Shown: positions 46,055 to 56,643 of the stretch, in pieces | Numbering within the stretch: the stretch's first letter is position 1 | How the letters are laid out: the number at the start of each line of letters is the position of its first letter | Assembly (NCBI GenBank): GCA_001661245.1 | Contig: KV454011.1 | Span: forward strand, 1,558,834-1,622,833 | Direction: 5' to 3' | Source of the DNA: Pachysolen tannophilus NRRL Y-2460 | Lineage: Eukaryota | DNA length: 64,000 nucleotides | Translations under genes and position numbers: made by a program | Notes under the pieces: model-generated | Databases searched by the model: none | What the model was told of the DNA's origin: nothing | Seen by the model: only the letters and a program-made list of their open reading frames with translations

Positions 46055-47542
46055 TTAAGCTCCTTTTAGTCCAACAGACAACCCCTTTTCAATTCTTCTG
46101 TGGGTTAAAGCAGCAGCTACAGCAGCACCGACACCTGAACCATCTTCTGATGGAACAATTTGTATTGGATAGTCTTCAGGTTTCAAACCTTGTAGCTTCC
46201 AATCAAATATGTCTGCAAGACCATCTACAGCTCTGGCTGGGAAGTTTGTATAATGGTTGAAAACAGATCCATCTGCAGCACAATGACATTTTAAATAATT
46301 CATTTTCTTTGTTACAGCAGCAATACCACAAATAGATAATCTTGCAGCTCTTGTACCGATTAATTCAGCTAATTTTCTAATTAATTTTCTTTCAGGTGAA
46401 GTAAATTCTAGATGTAATTTTTCTTTAAACAAAGTACAAGTATCTTCTAAATTTTCGAATGGATCATCTTCAATTCTAGTTAATACTTCAGTATCTAAGA
46501 TATATGGTTCATTTAATAATTTAATACCTTCATTATCAGATTTATATTTTTCTAAAATTAAATTTTTTTCATAAAGTTCTACCAAGATTAATCTTAATAC
46601 TTCACCTAAATAATATCCAGCAATCATTTTTTCAAACAGTTGTTGATTTGGTCTTGGACTTTGCAGATCAATAATAATATCATATTTTGTTCTAGGTAAT
46701 GCCAAATGTTCATTATCAAATGAACCATACTCACAATTGATCAACATTGGTGAATCTTGGGTAATATCATCTTGTAATTTACCAGCCAATTTTGGAATGT
46801 TATGAATACGATCATAATAAGCACCATTACAACCAGTACCAAAAATTAACCCCATTTCTGTTGCAGGATCAGTATATCTTGAAGCAACTAAAGTACCTGA
46901 AGTATCATTAATCAATGCAACAAGTTTAACTGGTACTTTTCTTTTTTCAAATTGAGAAACAAGCATTGGAACAACATCATAACCTTCAACACCTGGAATA
47001 TCAAAACCTTTTGTCCATCTTTGAAGTACACCTGTATCAATACGTGATTGAGTACAAGGATAAGAAAATGTAAAACCTAATGGTAAGATTTTACCCTTTG
47101 GAACTCCATTTGGATATAAATCATTAATAAATTTAGCAACACTATCTGCAATATAAGAAAATAAAATATCTTTATCTCTTGTAGTTCTAATATCTGATGG
47201 AAGATGATATTTTGATTGTTCAGTATCAAATTTACAATTTCCTAATAATTTAACTAGGACAACTCTTAAATTGGTTCCACCTAAATCAATTGCCAAATAT
47301 TCACCAGTTTCTTCACCAGTTGGATAATCAACAATCCATGTTGGAATCATTGGAATATTACCACCTTTAACTGAAAGACCTTTTTCAAGTTCTGAAATAA
47401 AATGATCGGTAATCTTCTTCAATTTTTGAGGAGAAACAGTAAGTAACTCTTGATATTTTGCCAATTCATCCATTAAATTTCTAGGAACATCGGCCATAGA
47501 TCCTTTTCTTGAAGGTGGTCTCTTTGGACCCAAGTGAAACAT
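46055..47542 (-). CDS. HXK: Hexokinase (Hxk1/Hxk2 type)
   Basis: 'MFHLGPKRPPSRKGSMADVP', 'LAIDLGGTNLRV', 'PLGFTFSYP', 'LQRWTKGF', 'INCEYGSFDN', 'EDGSGVGAA'. Confidence 0.95.
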   Translation of the reverse strand: MFHLGPKRPPSRKGSMADVPRNLMDELAKYQELLTVSPQKLKKITDHFISELEKGLSVKGGNIPMIPTWIVDYPTGEETGEYLAIDLGGTNLRVVLVKLLGNCKFDTEQSKYHLPSDIRTTRDKDILFSYIADSVAKFINDLYPNGVPKGKILPLGFTFSYPCTQSRIDTGVLQRWTKGFDIPGVEGYDVVPMLVSQFEKRKVPVKLVALINDTSGTLVASRYTDPATEMGLIFGTGCNGAYYDRIHNIPKLAGKLQDDITQDSPMLINCEYGSFDNEHLALPRTKYDIIIDLQSPRPNQQLFEKMIAGYYLGEVLRLILVELYEKNLILEKYKSDNEGIKLLNEPYILDTEVLTRIEDDPFENLEDTCTLFKEKLHLEFTSPERKLIRKLAELIGTRAARLSICGIAAVTKKMNYLKCHCAADGSVFNHYTNFPARAVDGLADIFDWKLQGLKPEDYPIQIVPSEDGSGVGAAVAAALTHRRIEKGLSVGLKGA

Positions 47543-48705
47543 TATAAAATAGACTTTTTCTTAACTTAACTTTAAACTACTAATTCGCTATACAAAGTAC
47601 AACAAAAAATAACTTAATTAACAAACAAATAAATAATAAAAACAAAAGTTGTTATTAAACAAACAACGCCTTTATATATTAATTCACACTAGCTAGCAAT
47701 TTGTATTTTAAACCAAAGATAAAGCCTAGATATGGCGTAACATTCAATTATAGAGTATTATTATTATAATTATTATTTCTTTTGGCCTTTAGCCAAAAAA
47801 GCCAAAAAAGCCAATAAGAAAAAGAAATTGTCACATGATGCTAAGTAAAATAAGAAAAAGGGTCACCATCAACAACAAAGAAACTTTACCGAAAAATAGT
47901 ACCGAAAGTACTTACCATTTACCTCTGGTCAAAGTCACCTTTAGTCAGTACCCACATTTCTATTTGCATCTTAATCTATGGGGTACGCTGGGGTACGCCC
48001 AATGAGGTACGCTAGGGGCCTGCATAAAGACCCTCCGTAAAAATTACATGTTTTCGTTCTTGGAAATTCTCAAAGAAACTTTTCTATCACGTAAACGTGA
48101 CACCAATAAATACAAAGATAACCAGATTAAAAATCAAATATCTACTACACTGTTCTAGTAACTAATAACACGTTTGAGAAGATACTGGACTTTTAATTAA
48201 AGAAAAATAAAAAAAAAAAAAAAAACCATGATTATTATTTATGTCTGCCTTGAATTAGAATGCACGGCTCGTACTTACGGCTCGTATTATACCGTGATGT
48301 ATTTCGGAACTTCAAAAGTTGAAAATAATGGTTGAAATGGAACAGATCTTCCGACGGGCACTCTGTAGTCATGATGCAAAAAAAAAACCAAAAAAACAAG
48401 ATAACAAGATATCGTTAAAGTAAAACTAACCTTATTGATCTTTTATCAATTTTACCTTCTCTGTAGTATGATGAATATAACTAATACTAGCTTTAGCTTT
48501 AGCTTTAGCTTAAAGGTTAGGTTTGCTCTTCGCATTTTTTTAAAGTATTAAATAATCCGATCGCTTAAAAATGCGGCCGTAAAGGGAAATTTTTAAAAAA
48601 TAAATTGGTATTAAAGCGTTTAATGATGGGTTAAGTAATATAAGTTATACAATTACGATTTATGGGAATTTTGGGAATTTTGGGAATTTTTTTTATGTTG
48701 ATGGT

Positions 48706-51075
48706 ATGAAAGGTTCGGCGGTTTCTTCGATTCATAGGATAGATGATGGTGTTGTTAGTAGATTACAATCACAAGTAACAATAAATTCGATTGATTCAGT
48801 TATTAAAGAATTTATTGAAAATAGTATAGACGCCGATGCTACACAAGTAGTTATTGATTTTCAATTGGATAATTTCTATAAGGTGACATGCAGGGATAAT
48901 GGTAGAGGTTTAAGTCCCGAGGAGTTGAATGAGATTGGTAAACGTTATTACTCTTCAAAGCTATCAAAATTTGAAGATTTGAAAAAAATTTCTACTTTTG
49001 GGTTTAGAGGTGAAGCATTACATTCAATAATTAGTTTATCTTCTATTGTGTCGATAGTTTCTAAAGTTCAAGAGTACAATTCTGGATACTGTGTCATTTT
49101 CAGTAATGGTAAACGGTTGTCGGAATCAAGATTTGCTGATGAAAATGATGTTGGGTTGATTGGTTCTATTGGTAAAACTGGGAGCAAAACTGGGACAATG
49201 ATATCGGTATCTAATTTATTTGGTAATGTTCCAGTACGAAAAATTCTGATGGATAAAATTTCGGATTTAAAAATTATAAATGATATTAGGAAAGCTGTTT
49301 TCCAAATATCTATAGTGCATCCTGAAGTGAGAATTAAAGTATCAAAGATAATGAAAAATGAACATGGTGGAGATTCGATTTCATTAATTACATCTACTGG
49401 AGGAGAAACAAATTTTAATAATTATGATTCAGGGAAAATTAGTGCTCTTATATTGAAATCAGTTTATGGTATTTCAATGTTGGAAAATTTTGAAACTTTT
49501 CAAGCTGAATTTGAAAATTATAAATTAAATGGTGTTATAGGATTAATTCCAGTACAAACTAAAAATTTTCAATCAATTTTTATCAATAAAAATCCATTAG
49601 TAAATACAGATTTTTTCAAAGAAATTAATAAGCTTTTCCATTCAACTGATTTTATTTTTAAAAAAGAAGTTATATTACCAAATTTTAAACCACAAGAATT
49701 ATCACCGAAAAAGGGGAAATCACCTATAAAAATAGTTGGTAAACCTTTTAATAAATATCCTATTTTCATTTTCACTATTAAATGTCCCAATGCTATATCT
49801 GATTTGATTCAAGATCCATCAAAATGTATTCATGAAACAAAACATTTAAAAATTATTAAAATCATGATCTTAAGAGTATTGAAAAGATTTTTCAAAATTC
49901 ATGGATATAATGTAAATATTGAAAAAACTTTAAATCAAGATATTTCTTCGACCAAAAATTCTTTAACAAAAATTTTACAACAAGAAGTCGAATCTCAAAC
50001 AGAATCATCTGATTCGTTGAAAAGACCTTCTGTTGAATTACTGCTAAACTCAAAGAGTAAAGTTGCAAAGATCAATAAGGAAGAATTGAACGGAAGACTT
50101 GAATGTGGAGGTGAAAGAAGAAATTATAACTCACCTTTGTTAAATTTGGAAACTTTTAAACTGAATTTATCAAAAGATGGTAACAAAAAAATACCATCAA
50201 TAATATCAAAATTATACTCTAATTCTTCTTCTTTAGATATAGAAAAACATGGAGACTCTCATAATTGTAATCATGAAATACCACAACTAGATATTGAGAA
50301 TTTACAGAAAAGATCACTGTTTTTCCCCGATATTACAAAAATAAAATTATCTTCAAGTAACTTACAAAATTGTGAAGTTATAAGACAGATTGATAAGAAG
50401 TTTATATTGATTAAGCTAAATGATGTTACTGATGTTGAGGAAACAGGGAAATCCTCAATTCTAGTGATAATGGATCAGCATGCTTCAGATGAAAGAATTA
50501 AAGTTGAAAAATATTTAAAAGAATTTATAGAGTCAACCATATTGGATTCAAACTTAACAGAGGAAAAAATTGCAGATTTTAGATTATCTCAAGATATCAA
50601 ATTTAAAGTATCATATAATGAACAAGAGATGTTCAACAAATACAAGGCTGATTTCCAGAAATGGAGGATTTTTTACGAATTAGATGACCAAAATAATGAA
50701 ATAAAAGTAACTCATTTACCAACAATCTTGTCAAAAAAAATTGACTTTAACGTTGATTTTTTGAAAAATGTATTACACCAGCACTGTTGTGACTTGATGA
50801 CAAACTTCAAACAAAGAAATATAGGCCCCAATCCATCCAGTCTTGAAGATAGATGGTGGTTTATGTTAAGGTGTATTCCTCGAGTCTTGGTGGACTTGAT
50901 CAATTCCAAAGCATGTAGATCAGCTATCATGTTTGGTGACGAACTACCCCTTCAAAACTGCAAAGAATTGGTCTCAAACTTGAGCAAATGTAAATTACCC
51001 TTCCAGTGTGCTCATGGCAGGCCATCAATTGCTCCGCTAGTCGACTTAAACAATTGTATACTGACCAAACTCTAG
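48706..51075 (+). CDS. MLH3: MutL homolog Mlh3
   Basis: GHKL motifs 'KEFIENSIDA' and 'TFGFRGEAL'; endonuclease motif 'DQHASDER'; 'KACRSAIMFGD'; 'FQCAHGRPS'. Confidence 0.9.
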   Translation: MKGSAVSSIHRIDDGVVSRLQSQVTINSIDSVIKEFIENSIDADATQVVIDFQLDNFYKVTCRDNGRGLSPEELNEIGKRYYSSKLSKFEDLKKISTFGFRGEALHSIISLSSIVSIVSKVQEYNSGYCVIFSNGKRLSESRFADENDVGLIGSIGKTGSKTGTMISVSNLFGNVPVRKILMDKISDLKIINDIRKAVFQISIVHPEVRIKVSKIMKNEHGGDSISLITSTGGETNFNNYDSGKISALILKSVYGISMLENFETFQAEFENYKLNGVIGLIPVQTKNFQSIFINKNPLVNTDFFKEINKLFHSTDFIFKKEVILPNFKPQELSPKKGKSPIKIVGKPFNKYPIFIFTIKCPNAISDLIQDPSKCIHETKHLKIIKIMILRVLKRFFKIHGYNVNIEKTLNQDISSTKNSLTKILQQEVESQTESSDSLKRPSVELLLNSKSKVAKINKEELNGRLECGGERRNYNSPLLNLETFKLNLSKDGNKKIPSIISKLYSNSSSLDIEKHGDSHNCNHEIPQLDIENLQKRSLFFPDITKIKLSSSNLQNCEVIRQIDKKFILIKLNDVTDVEETGKSSILVIMDQHASDERIKVEKYLKEFIESTILDSNLTEEKIADFRLSQDIKFKVSYNEQEMFNKYKADFQKWRIFYELDDQNNEIKVTHLPTILSKKIDFNVDFLKNVLHQHCCDLMTNFKQRNIGPNPSSLEDRWWFMLRCIPRVLVDLINSKACRSAIMFGDELPLQNCKELVSNLSKCKLPFQCAHGRPSIAPLVDLNNCILTKL

Positions 51076-51326
51076 TCAAGATCTAGTGAAGATCTATCTA
51101 GTCAAGAGCAATGTATAGTCTTTTAATTAATAAATACAGCACTACAAAAAAAGAAAATTGCGTCGCAAAAATTTCTATTTCTGACTCTTATCGGGGAAAA
51201 GTAAACGAAACGATTTAAAGCTAATAAAACTCTACACTGGTAGTACGCCATAACCACTACGTTCCTCGTTTCTAGTTGAAATGAGTTTTCTAGTTTGAGT
51301 GTAAGAGACAGGGTTTATATTATTGA

Positions 51327-54257
51327 ATGTCTTTGGAAAATCAACCTCAGATCTCACTGCCGAATGATAGTTTTGCCGGTGCTAGCGCTGGTAGTTCTGT
51401 TGATGATAGAACTTATGATGACATAAATCGAACATCGAGTACCATCACGGGACCACGGCGGAAGTACAGCAAAACAGGATGCAAGGAATGCAAGAGAAGA
51501 AAGATGAAATGTGATGAGGGTAAACCTCTGTGTTGGCAATGTGAAAGGTTGGCGAAAACATGTATTTATGATCCAGTAAAACTTAAAAAGAGAACTCGAA
51601 CTCGTAAAGGTAAAAACATACTACAAGGTAATGTCAGGACGGATAAGACTGAAAGTTCTTGTGATTCACAAGCATTGTCTCAAAATCTTAGCGATGCTAC
51701 TGTATCTAAGATGAATCCCGACGCAACGGCTTATGACAGGAGATATCAGAATCAGCTGGTGATATCGCCTTCGCTGCTGCCTTCGCTGCCGTTGCCGCCC
51801 CCGCAGCCGCTTCATCTGCCACAGCTGCTGCTGCTACCGCCGCCGCCTTTTTCCTCATTGGACTCAGGTGTAAATCCCACCAGTAGGAATCATGTTTCAG
51901 TTCCAAATACTCTTAACAGTGATAGAGATAGATCTATCAATAGGGGTGGTGCTGGTAGTACTGGTGGTGACTGTGAGTCAAGGCAATTGCGATGGTATGA
52001 CCGCTCTCTTCCAAATCGCAACATTCCAGGTCATGATTCACTAAATTTTAATTCTGTATCGTCTGCTCATTCTGTTAATTCAGCTCTGGAAAATGATAAT
52101 ACTAATAATATTCAAAAAAATAGTTTCAGTGTTGCCTCAACGGAAAATGGTGTCAGTTCTGATTCACCTTTGTCGTTAGAACAATCTAGGTATGCTTCTT
52201 CAAATAATCCAATACGCAATGCAGATAATTTATTCAATGAAGATGAGTTATTATTCAATGCTAATTTACTAGTCCATAATCTTAATGATATAGTGAATAT
52301 GAGATTATTCGAGGTCTTGGGACCAAACGGAAATGTTGGAAATTCAAGTCCTGAAGATAATAGTTCTACCAATATTACAAATTTTAGAGAACCTGGTCAG
52401 AGTCCTCAAACACATTTTAATAACGACGATATACACGATAGCGATAGTGAGAGAATGATAATTGATTCTTCCAACAACAATAAGCAAACTGAATATAATA
52501 GTTATCCACTAGACCTTTCACCAAATACTTTAGCGGTAAGAAATGTAAATGATGATAAACAATCGCAAAATATAACTCTAGATACTGAAGATAGTGGCAA
52601 CGTTTCCAAAATCATGCATATACCTTTATCTTCTTTTCATATAGGTGAGCAGCATCAGCTTTACCTGGAATTTTTCTATAATGATTTTGCTAAAATCATA
52701 TTACCATTCCAACCTACAACACAATTAAACCCAGTAAGAGACATACTTTTGACATTAGCAGTGAAGAATTCGTTTTTGTTATCTGCAATATTGGCATGTG
52801 GAGCTCGTTCAGCTTTTAAAAAGTCAGCTTTGCTGGAAGATGAAGAAGCATATTGTTCGTATTTATCGTCTTGTCTAACTTCACTCTCAAAAATATTGGT
52901 TTCTCAAAAATCTCAGTTGATAGCTAATGTCGAGCCATTGCTATTAACAGTGCTATTATTGACTTCAGATAATGCATCTTCTACTACACAGTCATGGAGA
53001 GCTCATCTAAGAGGAGCAAAAGATTTATTAATAATGTATTCAGCTTCAGAGGAAAGCAAAAAACTGCATAAGAAATCTTTAGTTTTGGCGTTTTGTCGTT
53101 CCTGGTTTGTATCAATAGAAATTTTAGCAGGATTAGCTGCTCCCTTTGGTGGTACTTTAGAAAGCGATGAAGAGTTAAATTTATTAGTTAACCTTGAGGA
53201 TTTCGAGATTGAATATTTGAAATTGATCCATTTAGTCAGAAACGATGGTTTTAATTTATTGTATGGTTATACTAATGATTGCGTTCTTCATCTTCGAAGT
53301 TTAGTGAGGTTGCTAAGAAGGGTCAATATTAGAAGAAATAAGTCTTTGAAAAATATAAATAAAGAAACCAATAAAGATACGACAATAAACAAGCATATAC
53401 AAGAAACAATTTCTGTTTTTGAAATAACTGAACTAATTTCCCAGTTTGAAGAAGATTCCAAATTTCAAATAATTGACAAATCAGGTGTAATACCTGAAGA
53501 TCACTATTTACATCCAAATTATAACAAGCAGAAGCTGTCCGAAAATCAAACTAATAAAAAACCTTATCCAACTATACAACCCATCTCTTCCGAAGCAATT
53601 GGTGTTCTGATATCAGAATCAGGCACCATGAAAGCATATTCCTGGTACGACATATCTCATCAGGCTTATGTTAATGCTGCATTGTTAGCGATAGTAACCA
53701 GGCTAGTAGGTCTTCCAAAGGAAGCACCATTTGTTCAAGAATTAGTTCACAAGATAATCTCACTAATACATTTTTTAGATTCTCTGAACCCTTCAAGATC
53801 ATATAATTCAATGTTAGTTCAATGGCCGATGTTGGAGGCGGGAATTAATTGTATTGACTCAAATGATAGAATTAAAATTGAAAGATTTTTCCGATTGTTA
53901 GCTGAATTAGGTGCTGGTAGCGCTGGCTATTCTTTGAAAAAGATAAAAAGAGCATGGTATGGTAAGCATACTAGAAACAAAAAAATTAGCTTTCATAATA
54001 ATATTATTGGTGGTAAACAAGTCTTCGAAACTAGTAGCGAGCGTTATACTTTCAGCAGTGAGGGAGCTGATAGGAATAAGAGAAAAAATACTAATGTTAC
54101 TCATGACGGTGCTAATAAGACTATTAATGGACAAGACAAAATGCATACAGAGAGCAAAAATAGTAATGAGAATATTGGAAGCGGAGATCCAAAATCGAGG
54201 CAATCGACAGTGACTAGTAGTGATGACGAGTACGAACTTGATATTGTTACTTATTGA
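51327..54257 (+). CDS. Zn(II)2Cys6 transcription factor, Lys14-like
   Basis: 'RRKYSKTGCKECKRRKMKCDEGKPLCWQCERLAKTCIY' closely resembles the Lys14 zinc cluster. C-terminal fungal TF domain ('NPVRDILL', 'WRAHLRGAK'). Confidence 0.78.
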   Translation: MSLENQPQISLPNDSFAGASAGSSVDDRTYDDINRTSSTITGPRRKYSKTGCKECKRRKMKCDEGKPLCWQCERLAKTCIYDPVKLKKRTRTRKGKNILQGNVRTDKTESSCDSQALSQNLSDATVSKMNPDATAYDRRYQNQLVISPSLLPSLPLPPPQPLHLPQLLLLPPPPFSSLDSGVNPTSRNHVSVPNTLNSDRDRSINRGGAGSTGGDCESRQLRWYDRSLPNRNIPGHDSLNFNSVSSAHSVNSALENDNTNNIQKNSFSVASTENGVSSDSPLSLEQSRYASSNNPIRNADNLFNEDELLFNANLLVHNLNDIVNMRLFEVLGPNGNVGNSSPEDNSSTNITNFREPGQSPQTHFNNDDIHDSDSERMIIDSSNNNKQTEYNSYPLDLSPNTLAVRNVNDDKQSQNITLDTEDSGNVSKIMHIPLSSFHIGEQHQLYLEFFYNDFAKIILPFQPTTQLNPVRDILLTLAVKNSFLLSAILACGARSAFKKSALLEDEEAYCSYLSSCLTSLSKILVSQKSQLIANVEPLLLTVLLLTSDNASSTTQSWRAHLRGAKDLLIMYSASEESKKLHKKSLVLAFCRSWFVSIEILAGLAAPFGGTLESDEELNLLVNLEDFEIEYLKLIHLVRNDGFNLLYGYTNDCVLHLRSLVRLLRRVNIRRNKSLKNINKETNKDTTINKHIQETISVFEITELISQFEEDSKFQIIDKSGVIPEDHYLHPNYNKQKLSENQTNKKPYPTIQPISSEAIGVLISESGTMKAYSWYDISHQAYVNAALLAIVTRLVGLPKEAPFVQELVHKIISLIHFLDSLNPSRSYNSMLVQWPMLEAGINCIDSNDRIKIERFFRLLAELGAGSAGYSLKKIKRAWYGKHTRNKKISFHNNIIGGKQVFETSSERYTFSSEGADRNKRKNTNVTHDGANKTINGQDKMHTESKNSNENIGSGDPKSRQSTVTSSDDEYELDIVTY

Positions 54258-54489
54258 ATTCATTTATTTATAACATTAGCTTATATATATTAATTTAAAA
54301 CAATCCATACGCTTAATTTATATTCAAATTACGCTTTTTTATTTTTTAGTATATATATTATCAAATAGAAACAATCTTTCGCATCAAGAATGATAACGAG
54401 AACGGAAGTAAAACAATTAGTATTGGCTATATAATCTTTAATTTAGAAAGTTGTAGTTTTCTTTTCTTTTTTTTTGAAATTCAGATTCC

Positions 54490-55857
54490 TTATTTTTTTT
54501 CATTTTCAATTGGCTTGAGATCACCATCATGGATAATCATAAGTGAAATGATAGAATCAGCAACTTGAGCAGCAACAATAGAAGTAATTTCAGCTGAATC
54601 AAATGGTGGAGAAACTTCAACAACATCACCACCAATGACGTTAACACCTTCCAAACCATCAAGAATGGTTAATAATTCTCTTGAAGACCATCCTCCTGGT
54701 TCAACAGTACCTGTAGCTGGTGTGAATGCTGGATCCATCGAATCAACGTCAACGGTGATGTAAACTGCACTGTTACCTACACGTTCCTTGATCTTCTTGA
54801 TAATGCCGCTGGTACCTAAAGTATCAATATCTCTTGCTAATATACGGTCAAATCCACATTCAATATCGTGCTGAACATCTTTTCTACCTGGATATGGTCC
54901 TCTGATAGCAGCATGCAAAGAGTTGTCAGCCAAGTAACCCTTTTCATGAGCCCAGTGTAAGTAAGTACCGTGGTTAACAGATTGATATTCTGTAACATTA
55001 CCACCAAAGTAGTAAGGGTTCCATGTGTCCAAGTGAGAATCAAAGTGTAAAACTGTAATTGGACCATAGTTTTCATAAGCTGCTTTAATAGCTGGTAAAG
55101 TAATAGTATGATCACCTCCTAAAGTGAAAATTTTTGGAACCTTGTTAGGATTACCTTGAGTTGTAGAATGCTTGGCAACAGCACGTTCAGCTCTGTAAAG
55201 CTGATCTAAGGCAATTCTGTTATCCAATGGAGTAACTGGTGGATTACCACAATCTTTTATGACGAAATTACTATCATAAGGATTGAAACCTTCTCTGTAA
55301 ACAGAGTAGGCCGATGCAAGACGTCTTGAACCCAAACGGATACCACTTGGGCCAAATCTAGTTCCAGGTCTGTATGAGGTACCTGAATCAAATGGTGCAC
55401 CAAGAATTGCAATATCAAATTTTTCAGTTTCAAAAGTATCTGGGTTGAAACAATCTACCAATGGTAAATGGGCAAAAGTATCAATGTAACCAAATTCACC
55501 ACCACGATACAAGACAGCAGAACCGTTCAAATCACGAAGATCATCTGGGCTTGGGTATGCATAATCTTCATTTATAGCCAAGGCATGTAAATGATCTGGT
55601 AATGGCAATGGCTCTTTCTTGATTTTATTAGCAGCAATACTCATATCACGAGGTTTATTCAAGAATGAACCAAGGTACATATCAAGGAACGACTTGTTTG
55701 TTGAGTCAGCAGCTGCACGAACAGATTTAGATTGTGAACCTTCACATTGTAAAGTGAATTGCAAAGTCTCTGGGTCAGCAACAGCAGCGGCTGAAGCTGC
55801 TTGACTGGCAAAAATGGCCAAAACGATTGATTGAAGAATCGAGGTTGAAAACTTCAT
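54490..55857 (-). CDS. Ureohydrolase (agmatinase/guanidinobutyrase family) with signal peptide
   Basis: 'GAPFDSGTSYRPGTRFGPSGIR', 'GGDHTIT', 'HFDSHLDTW', 'DVDSMDPAFTPATGTVEPGG', 'DVVEVSP'. Hydrophobic N-terminal signal sequence. Confidence 0.9.
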   Translation of the reverse strand: MKFSTSILQSIVLAIFASQAASAAAVADPETLQFTLQCEGSQSKSVRAAADSTNKSFLDMYLGSFLNKPRDMSIAANKIKKEPLPLPDHLHALAINEDYAYPSPDDLRDLNGSAVLYRGGEFGYIDTFAHLPLVDCFNPDTFETEKFDIAILGAPFDSGTSYRPGTRFGPSGIRLGSRRLASAYSVYREGFNPYDSNFVIKDCGNPPVTPLDNRIALDQLYRAERAVAKHSTTQGNPNKVPKIFTLGGDHTITLPAIKAAYENYGPITVLHFDSHLDTWNPYYFGGNVTEYQSVNHGTYLHWAHEKGYLADNSLHAAIRGPYPGRKDVQHDIECGFDRILARDIDTLGTSGIIKKIKERVGNSAVYITVDVDSMDPAFTPATGTVEPGGWSSRELLTILDGLEGVNVIGGDVVEVSPPFDSAEITSIVAAQVADSIISLMIIHDGDLKPIENEKK

Positions 55858-56087
55858 GTTTTACTTGAAAAATAATGTTTTCTTAATTGAAGAGTAAAGA
55901 TTCAATAGACAACTTCAAATTGAATGGAAAATATCTCGTCTTTTATAAGATATCTTAAAGAAAAGGATTTACTATATTCGTTTCGCATTGTTCCATTCAT
56001 TCTCAACTCATTCATTATAAGATTCACCATAGTTTAGCTGCTCTCTCCCACCTAAAAGGGAAATTCTGGTGATAAAAAGCAAAATCA

Positions 56088-56116
56088 TTTTCCAGCGGAA
56101 TTCACTAAATTCCGCT
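56088..56116. promoter_or_regulatory. Lys14-type site (WWWTCCRNYGGAWWW) overlapping a 9-bp inverted repeat
   Basis: TTTTCCAGCGGAATT at 56088-56102; AGCGGAATT-cacta-AATTCCGCT at 56094-56116. Lies in the divergent ureohydrolase/MATE promoter. Confidence 0.5.
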
Positions 56117-56643
56117 CCAAAGTCTAATCTATACTTTATTTTACTTCGGAATTTTTACAACAACGGCGCTACTCTCTTCTCAACGAATTTCTAGTGGTGG
56201 TAATTCTCATCTATTCGTATCTTCATCATCTTTATCCAGTTTACACTTTTGGGACATAAATATTAAGCTCGGAAAACACTTTGCATAATCAGTGCTTAAT
56301 ATGCAAGTTAAAATTTTTGCGTCGGAAAATTGTGAAAAAATTTTTTTTAGTTGCGGCAAGGGATTACGCTCAGTTGAGCTACCAACCAAAATTGTCAACG
56401 AACCGATTAGAAAAACGATAATGTTAACTTTTGAAAATCAGGGGAACTTATCTAATATTTTTCAATTTGAAGATTGATTGTACATATTAAGTAATTCAGT
56501 CAGTGAATAAAAAAAAAAATAATCTTAGTATGATTTATGCTTTTTATTTATTACTAAGTCAAGAGAATAATTATAACTACTTTTCGCTGATCAAATAAAT
56601 CACAAATTTTAGGTGTGCGAGAAATTTTGTGTATAAGCTCAAG

